In this document: positions 22,233 through 36,800 of the stretch, piece by piece | How the letters are laid out: each line of letters opens with the position of its first letter | How positions within the stretch are numbered: the stretch's first letter is position 1 | NCBI RefSeq assembly: GCF_964355755.1 | Contig: NC_092673.1 | Span: 20,891,648 to 20,955,647, forward strand | Length of the DNA stretch: 64,000 nucleotides | From: Antedon mediterranea | Taxonomy: Eukaryota; Animalia; Echinodermata | Direction of reading: 5' to 3' | The notes under the pieces: generated by a model | The model's database searches: none | What the model was told of the DNA's origin: nothing | The model's input: the letters and a program-made list of their open reading frames with translations, nothing else | Translations under genes and position numbers: made by a program

Positions 22233-24267
22233 TGCGTGCGTCGATCTTGAATAGAGGTGTTTAAGGCACAATTATCGTATCTTCCTCTTGATACCCAACA
22301 AAAAATGTGTATATTTCTGACTCATATATACGAATCCAATAGTTTCTTTATTTATGTCACTCAATCCATTACCTTCTTTCGAAATATTATACAGAGTATA
22401 AGTTAATAGACAGGGTTTGACATTAAAAACGGGAAGCAAAGCTCTTTTGTTCAAGTTAAATATCTCGAATAAAAAAACGACGGAAATCATGTAATTACAG
22501 AGTTTTGAAATAAACACCTGCTTCCACACTAAAATCGATTAACATAATAGTTGTTTTGGTACTTACAGAATTATTCATAAAGCGATGTGTCATTTAAATT
22601 CTTAAAAATCCGTGTATTAAAGTATCGTAACCTGTTATTACAGTTATTGATTCGCCATTAAATCTTCAGTCCTCTCTCGAATGATAACTGATCCGATACA
22701 GTGAACTTATTAATAACACAGCGACGTACGACGTAGGAAGTTTGATGTGCTGCTTACATTCAAACACCTATATGGGTAAGAACAAACAAGATTAGTCCGT
22801 AAGAAAATTCTGTTTCTATATACTGTATTTCTTCGGAATAATAGGTGGATTAGGAACAAGTGACCAATTATCTGGCCTGTACAGTTTTGTTAGTAAATAG
22901 CTTCAAGTGCTTTACGAAGCCTTGGCTCATCAGTAAATTAGGTTTCAATCGACAAGATCAACAACTGAATCAGAAACAAACTGAAAAATAACAACCAATT
23001 AATATTTCGAAACTTATGAACAATTTGAATCTACGTCACAGATTGTACCATTTTCATCACAGGGAACAACCACACACTCTAATTAACACCATTTGAATAA
23101 TGCTTTTGAGTCCTTTTAACAATAATTCATGTGTGTATATTTTAAATTATAAATGTCAAATCAAGGTTTTCACCAACTATCTTTATCTTTAAATAACATA
23201 TAGCGAAGGTTCGATTTTTAAATTAGGAATACTAATTCTATTGGAAGACCTTAAACAAAAGAAGTTTTATAATTATTAACTTTTATAACTATTAGACCTA
23301 ACTATGCGTTAAAATATAGATGTCTAAAAAACAATTTATACTGAATTTACAAAGCACTTACTTCGTCTCTCCAGTTGGTTCAGTGTATCTTCTGATCCCA
23401 ATAGAAAGTAGCCTAATACACAAACAAAAGACATTGTTTTTTTTTATTATCATTAACAAAGACGCTGTACAACATCACAGAAAGCTTACGATTGTATCAT
23501 TCTTCCCTGCCAGTTCACTTTCAATAATGTTAGAAGGTGCAAAACAAACAAATGCATCATTTAGACCTAATTCGTTAAAAATAAATGAGACAAGTAATGA
23601 GAAATAGCTTTAAACAAAATTAGAATCACCACCATAACAACTCACTCTCTCAACTCCAATTTGAGGAAGTCATCAGGCCTACGATGGCGCTCTCCGGAGA
23701 GTTATTTATAGTTCGCAACTAACTTATACATTTAACTAATTTACGTCACAAACAGCTCGGTCTTTTAGTACGACTGCTGCTATTTTTGTAACTAACTTAT
23801 ATTTTAATTTGATTCTGTACGATAACGTTGATTACGCAAAATAATTTACAGGCAAGTTGAAAATATCGGATTAGTTGAAAATATAATGAACGATACTTTC
23901 AAATTAAGGACACGTACGTTGAACCAGGAAGAATTCACTCTTCCCTGGTTAAACTACTAATTTAAAATAAAATCTAAAGTCATAATGATAATTATGATAG
24001 TTCTATGATGGCTAATTATTATACTCCCGGCGGCATTACGCAAATGGAACAGTATAACATTTGAATTTGCTTAATATGATTGCAACAATTTTAAAATTGG
24101 TTTGTATCTTTGAAATGTTCAAATGGTGTATTAAGGAAATTAAACGTGACATCATACAAAAACATAAACCGCTCTGAAAAATACGTAATATATAAAATAA
24201 GGAACTAATTGTTGATGTTATTAGTTGGCCTTTACTGGTACTGTATTAATAAAGGAATTGATATAGA

Positions 24268-25590
24268 CTAGATGGCACGCTCGCTTCGCTCGCGTACCAT
24301 CTAGGTCGTGCCCACAGATGGTTCTCGAATACACAGTCATTTCAGCGTAACAAAACTGGCGATTTCAAATGTACGTACCGTACATTGTCATTTACAGAAA
24401 CGAATAAATAGACACGATGATTTATGTAGTCAGCTAAAATTAGCACCCTGGGAATTACTTCCGAAGGAGAAACTTATCACAAATGAGTCCAAATGTTTTA
24501 TTTGGACTCATTTAAAGAAACCCAATTTGTGTTTTGTATGTAACATTAGGGTTGAGGGATAGGAAAGCGGATAGGTACAAAGAAGAACAATTTTTAAATA
24601 TATTCTTTATCCACTCAGTAACGAAATATTTTGTTCATGTTTTATAGGCCTATACATAATATACCTCTAAATACAGTAAAACATTTGCGATTTAATACTT
24701 GTTAAAACTGTCACTGTCATAATCGATTGAAATATTAAAGTACATGTCACGATACACCACTACGACGTTTATATTATTGGTAATTATTAATTAATACAAA
24801 CGTTGAGAAGGAACTGTCAGTATAAAGTTTATTTGTATATAATAATGTGTTTATATATCTAACAGTAGAGCCTATCCACAATCTCAGTAATAAAGTTTAT
24901 TTGTTCATCATCATCATCATATCATCACAGTACGAACATTCACAGTAAGAAATGTTCGATTCAAATGAGGACCGAAAATAGTTTATAGGTATTTACAGTA
25001 TAGTATTGTCAAAGTATTGCAAGTTTATTCTCAAAGGGCCCATATATTTACCTACCGTATGTGTTAAACCAAGGACTCATCAATTTACCTACTTGTGTTA
25101 AACCAAACTTTGGCAGACTGAGAGATTGGGATGTTCCATTCATCGCAAATCAATACATTTGTATAATCGTATATTAAATATATCAAAATAGTATTTTTTT
25201 AAGAAAATCGGCCTGTCTTCAACATTATGATGCTGTACTCTAGCTGTTCAACCGGTTTTCAGCTATTAAAAACAATTATCGTAGGAAGAGATAGGAAAAT
25301 GCGAAGCCTCCTCGCATTTTTGTGGCGGGTATTTTTTCAAGACGGACATCCATTAGACAGTGTATACCACGATCTGAAAACACCCCTATTTGGGGCAAAT
25401 CGTTGAACCTAAATTCGTTTTAATCGTCAATAACTAATTATCTAACTTAATTTAATTAGTAAACAGGGTTACATCAGGTGGTTAAAATCAGTACCGAAAG
25501 TACGAACCAACTTTACATACCATCGAGTAAAAATTCTAGAAGTAAGGCGCGATTTACCGAATTTTGTCCTTACGTAAATTTATATATAGA
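24268..25590 (-). mobile_element. Non-autonomous Helitron
   Basis: - strand A|TCTATATATA...hairpin (plus-strand GATGGCACGCTCGCTTCGCTCGCGTACCATC)...CTAG|T; no TSD. Confidence 0.8.
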
Positions 25591-28344
25591 TAATAGGAAC
25601 TGCCACCAACGTGTATTTTAAATGTAGAGGGCGTGGGCCTATATATTCATACTAAATCTGTTATGTTGTCTGTCAGTCAAAAACTGTGTAAGAATTTATT
25701 TATGTATTATGTAAATGCTGTAGTTAACCTGACTGAACACCAGTGTATTATGAGGGATAGGCCATGAAACGGGAATAATTATTTTAAAAAGAAAACTTGT
25801 ATTAGTTTTTGTCCAGGCCTAAGCCGTACAACTGTTTGTTGTAGGGCGACAACACAGGTGATAGGTCAAATCGAGTCTGCCTACCACGATATCGGTTGCA
25901 TTGTATGAAAGGCGGTATTTTTTAAAGCGTAGGCCTACACGAGTTCTATTCATCCGACCAAATGTAATGCTTTAGTTTAATACACTAACTAATGGACATT
26001 CCTGCATAACCCTGGTATGCAGGGCAGGGAGTAAAACTCCCTGTGCAGGGCATATTATTAGGCCATCCTGTTTGTCGTGCACCAAAACATTTAATACCAA
26101 AACTCTGTCTGAATTTTCTTGAATTAATATGTTTAAGTTTTGCTGGTAAAATGTGATCTGTGCCACGTTTAACAACTTGATTTTAAACGAATAAATCGTA
26201 AACGCGTGAAATGCAATCCGCACGTTAAAACGCATCGGAAATCGGTATCACGTACGGTATGTCAAGCTACACATGTTGTTTGACGTAGTAGGCCTACACG
26301 AATTTTACCCGTACTACGAATATGGAGGTTGCTCAAACTGCCTTATATCACATGTTAATTTCCGTACGCGTAGGCCCTACATAACTATCTATCAATGTAT
26401 CATTGTCAGTTTATACTGTAAACAGGGCCTTTTGGGTAATAATTAAAACATTCTTTTTTTCTTTGATTTTGTAAGCTGTGAAGATTAATCATTGCCTTTT
26501 TTGTTAACAATTTTCAATCTCAAATTTATTATGTTTTGTAATCAGTAAATTTGAACATACTGTATTTTCACAGTAATGAATTTAGGCCATATGCTTTAAT
26601 AGAAATCATTTTTTTAATATTTTGAATGTTTTTTTAATTTTATGGGATATTTCAGTAAAGGTGTATATTATAAGACCATATTAAACTATTTTTCTAAAAA
26701 TTGATGTTTATTGAATAAAATCAGATGGCGAATCACTAGTTAATACTAATAGAGCCTTCGTTAGAGTCTATAATAAAAAATATAGGAGGCGAACGCTGGA
26801 TTCGCCATTTACAACAATGATGAATTTGATCATCTTCGTAGATCATCAGTATCGGTGACACTAAATTAAGTATTAGTATATCAATTTCGTCAATAACCAT
26901 ATTATCTTTTATAATTAAAACTGAAAGAAAGAACGATAATCGCATTTTTCTCCACTTAAAAGGACATGAAATTTGAGAATTTCATTTCCCGTGAAAGAGG
27001 TAATATAGCTTCTTTGAAAAAATTAAGACTAGATTGATAGATCGTTTTTCGAATGTAATTAAAGCAAGAAGAAGATACCTGGTCACGTGCAAATGTAGGG
27101 TCACGTAGGGGTCGCGTGTTGCCCTTAATTCTGAGATAAGTTAACGTGGTGTGTTTCTCTTTTTCGAATGTATAAAATTTACATTTTGGGAAGATTTAGC
27201 TCCTCGGACTCCTCTCCTCGCTGATTCTATCAAGAACTGCGAGTAAATCGTTCGTGAGTAGTTTGTGGAGCTCGTAAACAACCTAGTCTGTTGGCACATA
27301 TGGCTTTTCATACGTGTAATACATGAGCTTGTGTAGTGTTCAGACAAAACATAACAAGTCGCGTGCTCAGGTTAGTGTTTACCGACCGACCAACCGACCG
27401 ACATAGTGAGCTGTAGACAATAACTACAAACAACCACCATGCGAATGCGTCTATTGAAACAGACTGCATTCATAAAGCTTGTAGTCCGGTGGCAGGAGGG
27501 GGGATATCACCACCCGAAAGGGGACAAATTGCCATCCAACTTTTCTAGACCAGAATTTTCCGTAGATTACGAATATGGAAGGTAATCGATCAGGATAGGA
27601 AGCGTTTTCAAGATATAAGGGGTCAAAGTTAAAAATTTACCAATATAAAAACATGCTATATCTCTGGAAATTCTGGACATAGTGAGATAATTTTGGTGTC
27701 AAATTGTTAACAATGTATATGTTTATATTAGCTCTAACAGAACTTTCTTTGAAAAATTGACCGGAAACCCCATTGTTAGCAATTTTGACCTTTGACCTCT
27801 TTTTGCTATATCTAAGTAACGGCAGGTCGGAGAGAATTAAAAATAGGAGCAAATTGTTCCCAAGATATACATTTATATTCAGTATAACAGATGATATTGC
27901 TTGAAAATGACCGGAAGTGTGGTTATTAACCTTTGACATAATTTAATAAGGTTATAAAAACATAAATTAATAAATATTTGTCGTAAGGAGCCAATTTTGG
28001 TGTCAAATTGTTCACAATATATATGTTTATACTTGCCATAATGCAAAATTTTTTTCAAAAAGTTACTGAAACACCTATTTTTCTGTAATTTTAACCTTTT
28101 ACCTGTTTTTCTCATCTAAATAACGACATGGCATAGAGATTTCTAACGGCAAATTGTTTATAATAGATATTTTTATTCAATCTAATGTTTGAAAAATGCA
28201 AGTGTGATTATTGCCTTGAAATCCTGTACATAAGAGCCTATCAGGGCGGATTTAATTCAAAGAGGTGTGGAAGTGGAATAATACTATTACTATACAGCAC
28301 AATGTCTTTCTTTTGAGCAATTTCAATCAGGTATCCATCCATGT

Positions 28345-28995
28345 ACCGGCCTTTGGGGGTTAATTTGGGTAAATCCATAAGTGTTCCTTAAGGATCGAGA
28401 GTGCACAGGCAGCTTTATTCCATGTGCCTGTCTATATAAACCCACAGTGTCACCCATTATATTTCCATTATGGGGCTTAATGTCCATCCACGGAGGACCA
28501 GCCCTTGGGTTAATTTGGGCAAATCCATAAGTGTTCCTTAAGGATCGAGAGTGCACAGGCAGCTTTATTCCATGATTCTGCCTGTCTATATAAACCCACA
28601 GTGTAACCCATTATATTTCCATTATGGGGCTTAATGTCCATGGAGGACCGGCCCTTGGGTTAATTTGGGCAAATCCATAAATTTTTCTTAAGGGTCGAGA
28701 GTGCACAGGCAGCTTAATTCATGGGCCGCGCCTATCTGTATTAACTCACAGTGTCACCTCTTATATTTCCATTATGGGGCTTAATGTCCATCCATGGAGA
28801 ACGACCGGCCCTTGGGTTCATTTGGGCAAATCCATAAATGTTATTTAAAGATTGAGGGTGCACATTTAGTTTTATTCCAAAGTTCATCGATGAACTATTT
28901 ACCCCATACTAATTTCTAATACAGGGCCTTATGTAGCACACCACATAGAGATCCCAAAAGGGTCCTTAGAGGGTTCATTCGGGCAAATCCATATA
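28345..28995. repeat. ~152-bp tandem repeat (4 units plus a partial) inside the Academ-like element
   Basis: GGCCCTTGGGTTAATTTGGGCAAATCCATAA recurs at ~28346, 28498, 28648, 28805 and 28970. Confidence 0.9.
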
Positions 28996-29430
28996 GGTTA
29001 TTTTAGAATCCTTTGTATACAGGAAACGCTTTCCTGTATGGGCCAAACTATATAAAAATTGTGGTCTGTCTGTGTAGTGAGTTGTGGATTGAGTTTGGCC
29101 ACCTGGATCTGCCTATGCCCTATCCTGTACGAATTGGTATTCTCTGGTTCTGATGAATAGTAGTTTATTTTCCAAAAACGAATATTGTAGCCCTAATAAA
29201 TGCAACTGTATAGTGGCAAATCATTGAAGGTCAGCGCAACATTTTAACATCATAACATTTTAATCGTCATAATATTAATTTTATTATTTATTTTACAGTA
29301 TTATATTAATACATTTAAAATAATGCGCACTATAAAACATATAAAAATACCATAACTTCACTGATCAAATAACGTGATTACATTTATGAACATTGATCTC
29401 ATAGTTTGAATAACTTTGCATTATTTAGTA

Positions 29431-30832
29431 CTAGCAATTATACCCGCCCCAGGGCGGGTTTCAAAATTAGTTTACAGCCTTCTCAGTACATAACACCCGA
29501 CGCCAGTATCTGTCTATACTCGCCAACCTCCACCCCTCTTCAATAACACCCCATACTCTTTCTTAAAAACAAATTCTTCCCAGTGATGGACAAATTCAAT
29601 TCAACCTAAGCTTCGAATTGAGAGGAGTATGCATAGCTACGATGGTTCTAATAATGGTTAAATGGTACGTTGTAAATTGTGTAAATGAATAGGTGTCATA
29701 TTGGCTGATAATTAAAATATGTAATTAAGATACTGCGGTCCCCCAGCCTTCTTTCTCCTTTCACCACCCCAGCCACCATCAGCAAACCTTTTAACTCCTC
29801 CCCTGGACAGTTCAAATTTAGTAACTTTTCCAATCATATAGGCTACTTCATTACGCTAGTATTTTCGCTCCTCCTCCCCCTACTACACTACACCCCAGTA
29901 CAAATTATGTTATTATCACTCCCAACCCATAATCCCTCAGTGGCAGTTTTCAAATGTAGTTTAAAACATTCCAAATACAGTTTCGGTCATGGTGATAGGC
30001 CTACATCCCCACCCCGAACTCCCATCTGCTTCCCAGGGATGATTAAATACTTTACCATTTTCCAACCACAATTTTGGTGTAAGCAAAATCCCCTGAACCC
30101 AAACCCTATCTCCCAACCCCACTCTCCCACAATTGACGTTTTTTTCTTGGAGGATTGGTGATGTAGTTGAACACAGTAACAGTAAACATCATGTGTATGT
30201 TCACACAGGTATGGATGTCTGTAATGAGACAATCCAAGAGACCGATACATAGCTGGATATGGTTAAAGTACTTTGCTAAAAGTGTAATTGAATAGGTGTC
30301 ATATTGGTTAATGAATAAAATATGTATATCTATATCTATATTTCCCCAAACACCTTGCTGAGGATAATTCAAATACTGTAAAACTTTTGTAGTATATATT
30401 TTACAATTCGATAGCCTACAACAACCCCCAGCCCTAGCAAAAATGTGACATCACAAACCACCACACCACCCACCCCTCCCACAAAAACCCCAGGAGTCAG
30501 GGGAATTTTTTAAAATGTAGTTTAAAACCTTCCGGGTACAATTGCCATCATTTTGATACCCCATACGTATGGTTACGTGCAGACACAGAAATTTGTATAA
30601 CGAACAAACATCGAAAGTGGGGGTTTTGACCACATTTTGGTCCCTAACTTGGATCCTAGGTGGCGGACGATGTTGAAATATAGCTTAGAACATTCCCGGT
30701 ACAATTGCGGTCATTTTGATACCCCATATGTAAGATTATGTGCAGTAACAAAAATTTGTATAACGAACAAACAGACAAACAAACAAACAAACAGACAGAC
30801 AAACAGACAAACTCTCTCACTTATAATATAGA
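29431..30832 (-). mobile_element. Non-autonomous Helitron nested in the Academ-like element
   Basis: - strand A|TCTATATTATAAG, (TTTG/TCTG)n near the 5' end, hairpin ACCCGCCC..GGGCGGGT ~10 nt from CTAG|T. Confidence 0.85.
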
Positions 30833-33800
30833 TATCATTTATTCAAATGTTGACCTTTGACCCATGTCAACTTGTGTAATGATAAATGTGCTCTTTTGAT
30901 TGTGTATGATTGATAGATGTCTTAACAGAATGATAAAACATAACATTTTGTCTTAAATGTTAGTTTTTATTTGGTTTTAAATGCAAATTGTATGATTGGT
31001 CAATATTGACATTTGACCTTTAATTGCAAAGTATTTGTTTTATAAGGCGACTGAATAACACCATACAATACATATAACCATACAAATGTATTAAAATACC
31101 AAATTGAACTTTAATAAATTGGTTATAATACATATGTATATAATACATTGTTATAATTGGTCAATTTTGAACTTTGAACCCTTATCTCTTCCTATTCGCT
31201 TCCTATCCTGATCGAAGTCTGATTTGATTAAATACAGTATTATAATGAAATAACATAACTTTACTAATCAAATAATTTGATTACTTGTAAAACCATCAAT
31301 ATCATAGTTTGGACAACTTTGCATTTATTTGTTAACTAATACGCGTATTAAAATGTTGACCTTTGACTTTATGTCAACTGATGAAATTGACCTTATGTCA
31401 AGTGATGAAATGATGTATTCGCTCTTTTACATTGCGTATGATTGATTAACAGGATGAGAAAACATCCAATTTTTATTAAATACTAGTTTTTATTTGGTTT
31501 TATAGGTACGTTCTATGATTGGTCAATATTGACATTTGACCCTTAATCACAAGGATTTTTTTTTCATAAGGTGATTGAATAGACACTTATAATCATAAAA
31601 TGTAATAAAAGACCAAATTGTGCTTCAATAAATTTGTTATAATACATATACATAATACATTGTTGTAATTGGTCAATTTTGAACTTTGACCCCTTATATC
31701 TCGAAAACGCTTCCTATCATGATCGATTACCTTCCATATCCGTAATCTACGGACAATTCTAGTCTAGAAAAGTTGCATGGCAATTTTTCCCCTTTTGGGT
31801 GGTGATTCCCCCCCCCCCTCCTGCCACCGGACTATTGGTTCCACGCAATGAGTTAACCAATCACAGGGGACAGTCTGTATGATAAATCGCGTCGTGATTG
31901 GTCAAGTTACTTGCATCCTCGTGTTGCGACGCCATGTACGCTTAAGCCACTGATTGCGTTGGTTGTATCGTAATTTGATTTTACAGACACAAGGCTTGCA
32001 AGGTAATAATAATTCTATAGATAACATGATGATGATTTAGCAACCCGGCGATAGTCGTAACGCAATTTATAAACATTACCAGGCGTCAAGTAGACCGACA
32101 TATTGGTCATGTGAATTCATCGAACGAGGATTAGGAGATAATAACTAGATCCATTCGTGTAATCGTTATTCAGACTATCCATCGATATATTATTCAAGTG
32201 GATATTATAAGTGAAATATTCTCAGTTGCTGCGTTGCATCATTTTCAAGACGTCTTTCCACAATATCAAACCCACATTATTGTAGACATCAATTTTCTTA
32301 GCTATTTAGCATCGGTAGCACCCATCCCAATAATATTTAGCAGTGGACCTAATTTATAAAATTTCAATTCAAAGCAACAAGCATCAAACGCTCTACAGTA
32401 TCTACACTATATCAAACTTTATGTGACAAAAAAAAATGTGCCCATATATGGACATTATGATGTTATATCACTACCATATTTGGGCACATCACTGCCATGT
32501 TTGAGCACATCACACTGTTTTTGTCAAACTAGTTTGATAGTGTAGACAGAGCTTTTTATGTAACCCCAATTACAGCACTAATCAGGTTCTTGTAATAGTT
32601 TGTATATAGTATCTATATAAAGGTCTTCCACTGAATATGTCAAAGGTCACAGACATTATTTGCAATAACAGAAATAATTTAATACTGAAGGATAGGCCTA
32701 CACGAAAAACTTTCATCGAACAATTCATTTGTTACCTTGCTAAACCCGCTATTGATTGTTACCATTTTTTATTTACAGTATTAATCTATTCCAATTTATA
32801 ACGTCATTTAACCTTATTTTAAAATATATTTATGCAATCAATCTGTTTAAGTGTAAAATGAACAGAATAAATCGATGATAACCATGAATTAATATTTTTT
32901 TAAAGTCTATAAATTTCTTTTTCATTTATTTCTTTGTATAATGGCATTTTAATTAACAAAACATTTTAAGATGATTTATATATAGATATCAATTTTAAAA
33001 CATTAATTAACTTGTTATGGTATCCTAGTCATTGAATGTCGTAACGTGCATTACTCTCCCTTTTCGACGATTCGACGATAATAAGATTTGCGCCTCAAGG
33101 TATGATCAATTGATACAACCCGGAATTGAATACACATTTAGATATAAACACACTAATAGAGGGGAGACCATATATTTCGAAATAACTATTCTATGGAGAG
33201 AGAGGAATAGAGGGGCTTACATAGGTTCAAAACACAAGGAAAACTCCATGTCACTTACACACACCCTCGGGCGCGATATTTCTTTTCGTACATAAATTGG
33301 AGACCCCTCATAAAACGTCACAAAATAAACATGAATATTCATTAGTCATATCCATAATGTGACGTAAGAATTAACTACGATTAACTAAGAGCTAACTACA
33401 AATCTGAAATGCAAACGCATTTTGTCGAGCTCCTCTGTATAGTCGTGGATTAGACTATGGACTTTGCATGTCTTTGGTTCGAATCCCGCGAGCAACTTCT
33501 TTTTACTTTACAGTGAGAGAGTGTGTTAGATTTAGTTATATTTAGAAAGTAGTTTGGCTATCTTTCACATAAGGTGTCCCCCAACTTACGTACGATGGTA
33601 TGTTTGAAGACGGATATTATGTAGTTTGTCCTGATCAAACGAAACAACGAAGTTGAAATTATAGATTTTACTCACGGCGGATTAGGATGAATAAGTTACC
33701 GGTGTAGTGTACTAATTGTAAGTCCTGTAACATAAATGTATATTGTAATTACTAAATTACGTCGCAGTGCGTACTTTCAAATCGTATACTAATCGAAATT

Positions 33801-36800
33801 GAAAATAAATGAACTGCTGTGAACTCGAGGTTTGCTCAGAGAATGTAAAATAAAATGTGCTACTTTAATGAACCACTGTATTGACTGGCACGGATTCTCA
33901 GACACTCTGGTAATACATGGGATGAATGATTTCAAATGCGCGTAAGCGGATTTAGCACCGGGTGATTTTTCTACATAAAATTTGGAATTTTGCTGATTTT
34001 GTTTAGTTTAAGTGTATGCAAACCCAGAGATAAGTAGGGGTTTACCCCGATCCCGATGAACTGGTTTACAAAAAAGCCCATTTATCGGGGGATTACCACC
34101 TACATAACACAGTGATTAATTTACATAAACACTTTTACATTTTTTAACATAGTTAATCATTTAAGACGAGTAGTGGGTTACCCTGATGAACTGGTTCACA
34201 AAAAAATCCACTTTATCAGGGGATTGACACCTATCTGATACTACAATGCTTAATTTACCTAAAGACCTAAAATAATAAAAATAAACTAATCTAAAAAATG
34301 ACATCAGCTTGTGTTATTATTTGTTTAGGAGATCTTTGGTTTGAAAAAAAAAACAACTCCTGTGATATTATTGATGTCATATCGGGCGCACTGTAACGAG
34401 CTATCATAAATTGTCTATTATTAGTTTTCTAGCCGATGGCCATTCTAGCCTTTAAGTTTGTATCATTTATTGTTAGTATTCCCGCGTGGGTTTGTGATTG
34501 CTGCTCTATCGTACGTGATAGTCTTAAAGGAACTGTGTTTTGCCGGCTAGGATGCATTCTTGATCGGTTTTCGTCTGAATATGTTCTGTTTTTCGTTCTT
34601 ACGTTCAGGCCTGTCCTAAATTATTTGGAGAATTTCAACGCGGAGAATTTAAACGCATATCATTACGTGATCAAAATAAATCCTAAATACTGCAGTGTTT
34701 TATCAGTTTTATCTCCTTAAAGTAAAAACAAAATACTGATAAAGGTAAAAAAAACTACACGAGTTATTAACACAAAACAAAAAAAATGAATATACAGCAA
34801 AAAGGAATCCATTCGTACGTTGACGCTGATAGCAATTCAGATCAATCAATGCTATTTTTGCCAGAACTCTGAATTGTCATTTGCTTTTCATTTTAAAGTT
34901 AATAACTTGTCTATAAAACAATGCCGAATGGGCGTTTGATATATTATCACGTAGCTGTCGTCTATCAAAACTCATTAAGTTCTGATTATGGAATGGTAAT
35001 CATATCTAACTTCAGCATAATCCTAACACTCAAGAGTTTGGTGTTTTTTTTTTCAATACTAAAAATGTATGATAATCAATACGAAATTCACAATTACCAA
35101 AAGGTAATACAAATACTGAAAGTGTTGATAACTCTTCTATCTATTTTAGGGTAAATCAAAGCTTAGTACATGATGGATGCTTTAATTGTGGAAAGAGCAA
35201 GTTTATTATTATTATTATTATTATTATTATTTTATATAATTGTTTATGTTATAGTAGTAACACAAAGTAAAAAGAGAAAAGATTACGTGAAAGTGCCTCC
35301 AACCCGTTTTTGAGAAAGTTTATATGAAAGTTTCAACATGCATTTACCTTTAAGATGCCACTTCTCAGAAAATGGCAAGGAAATATATGCGTTGCATTAA
35401 ATGTTATACGATTAGCATTATATGTGATAAAACTACTTTCGTTTGATATTTACATCAATGGATCAATGCGATTCTATAAAAACAATTTAATTTTCGTCTT
35501 CCAATGATTCTTCTCTAAAATATATATGCCATTACCAATAGTATATAAAAAATGTCTCTTCTTGGCCGGTATGCGATATTATTTTTTTCGGTTTGTGTAT
35601 GTTGTCAGGCATCGGTGAGCAGGCTTACCGAAGAGCCGATGTTGAGTCCGAAACGAATCCATGGAGGAAATCGCGTACGGAAAAATCGCGGCTGGTATAT
35701 AAGATACAACAAATTAAGGCGGTTAGTTGTAAACATTAGTGAATAGAATCTATCCATTAATCCATGTTGTAAGTAAGTTGTCTTCTGGTTAATAATAAAT
35801 TTTATATAGGCCTAATAATCGTAACGTGAATGAATGGAAACGATCGTGATAACAATTCATGTAAAGACGATTGTAGCGCCTGGTTTCTACGTAGTCTTCG
35901 TGTACAGTAGTCTAGTTTAAAAAGTTGTATTTAGTTTAAAACAGTGTGGCCCGGCCCGGCCGGTATCACAGAGAACAATAACCTCAATTGGTATTACAGT
36001 ACTGTTTTCGCGCCGCGCATTTATGCAGATATTCAAGAGGACGAAAGCATTAGGAAACTGTATCACGCGGAAGCTGTTTACTATACGGCTGAAAATGGGT
36101 ATTTGGAAACTCGGACTGGGCATGCGCAAACCTCAAAGCACGTCTGGCAGAAGCGCGTCTATGAGATGTTTGCAGTCAGTAGTCTGTGTAAGACCTGTTA
36201 AATAAGCAATGTTTCGTTTTGGCTGTCAATTTATCATTGTCAAAACAATCCTTCCTCTATGATAATATTTCTGGCGAATGGTGTGTTTTGACGAAGAATA
36301 TTGTTGGATTAGTGAGTACGTTTGTCGGCGGCTGGGAAATTATAATTGTACTGCTTTAGGGAGTAACGCCTCTACCCTGGAATATGTAAAGTGCTTTTGT
36401 TTAGGACTTGTTAATTTCAGACTATATTTACGTTACACAAAATGTTTACTACTGATTGTTAAACAAAAATATTTGATAATAAATCATTGTAATACACAAA
36501 GAGATGTTCTATTTGTAAACGCTAACTCAATTATTGAGTGACATTTTTATTTTTTGGTCTGACTCATGAAAATGTTTATTGTTTATATGTACAGATATTT
36601 CTTGTTAATTTTGAGAAAATTGATGATCTGTTAGTTTCTTTGTTTGTTGTTTAACAATAATGTTTGTATTTGTTATCGGAAGCGCCTTGAAGCTAAGGTA
36701 GTTTCACCTTGTGAGGCGCCTCTGTGTAATATATTGAAAACCAAAAAAAAAATCATTGTTTTTTAGATATTATATTTCTAAACATTATTAAATAGAATAT

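Larger units (their letters stand above)
27482..31834. mobile_element. Academ-like non-autonomous DNA transposon (4.35 kb)
   Basis: ~160-bp TIR starting TAGTCCGGTGGCAGGAGGGGGG and ending CCTGCCACCGGACTA; TTG TSD at 27479-27481 and 31835-31837. It splits an AAAGCTTGGTTCC MITE terminus. Confidence 0.85.

Noticed and set aside
20888-22254. Plus-strand ORFs over the GPCR
   Set aside because: Antisense shadows of the receptor CDS.
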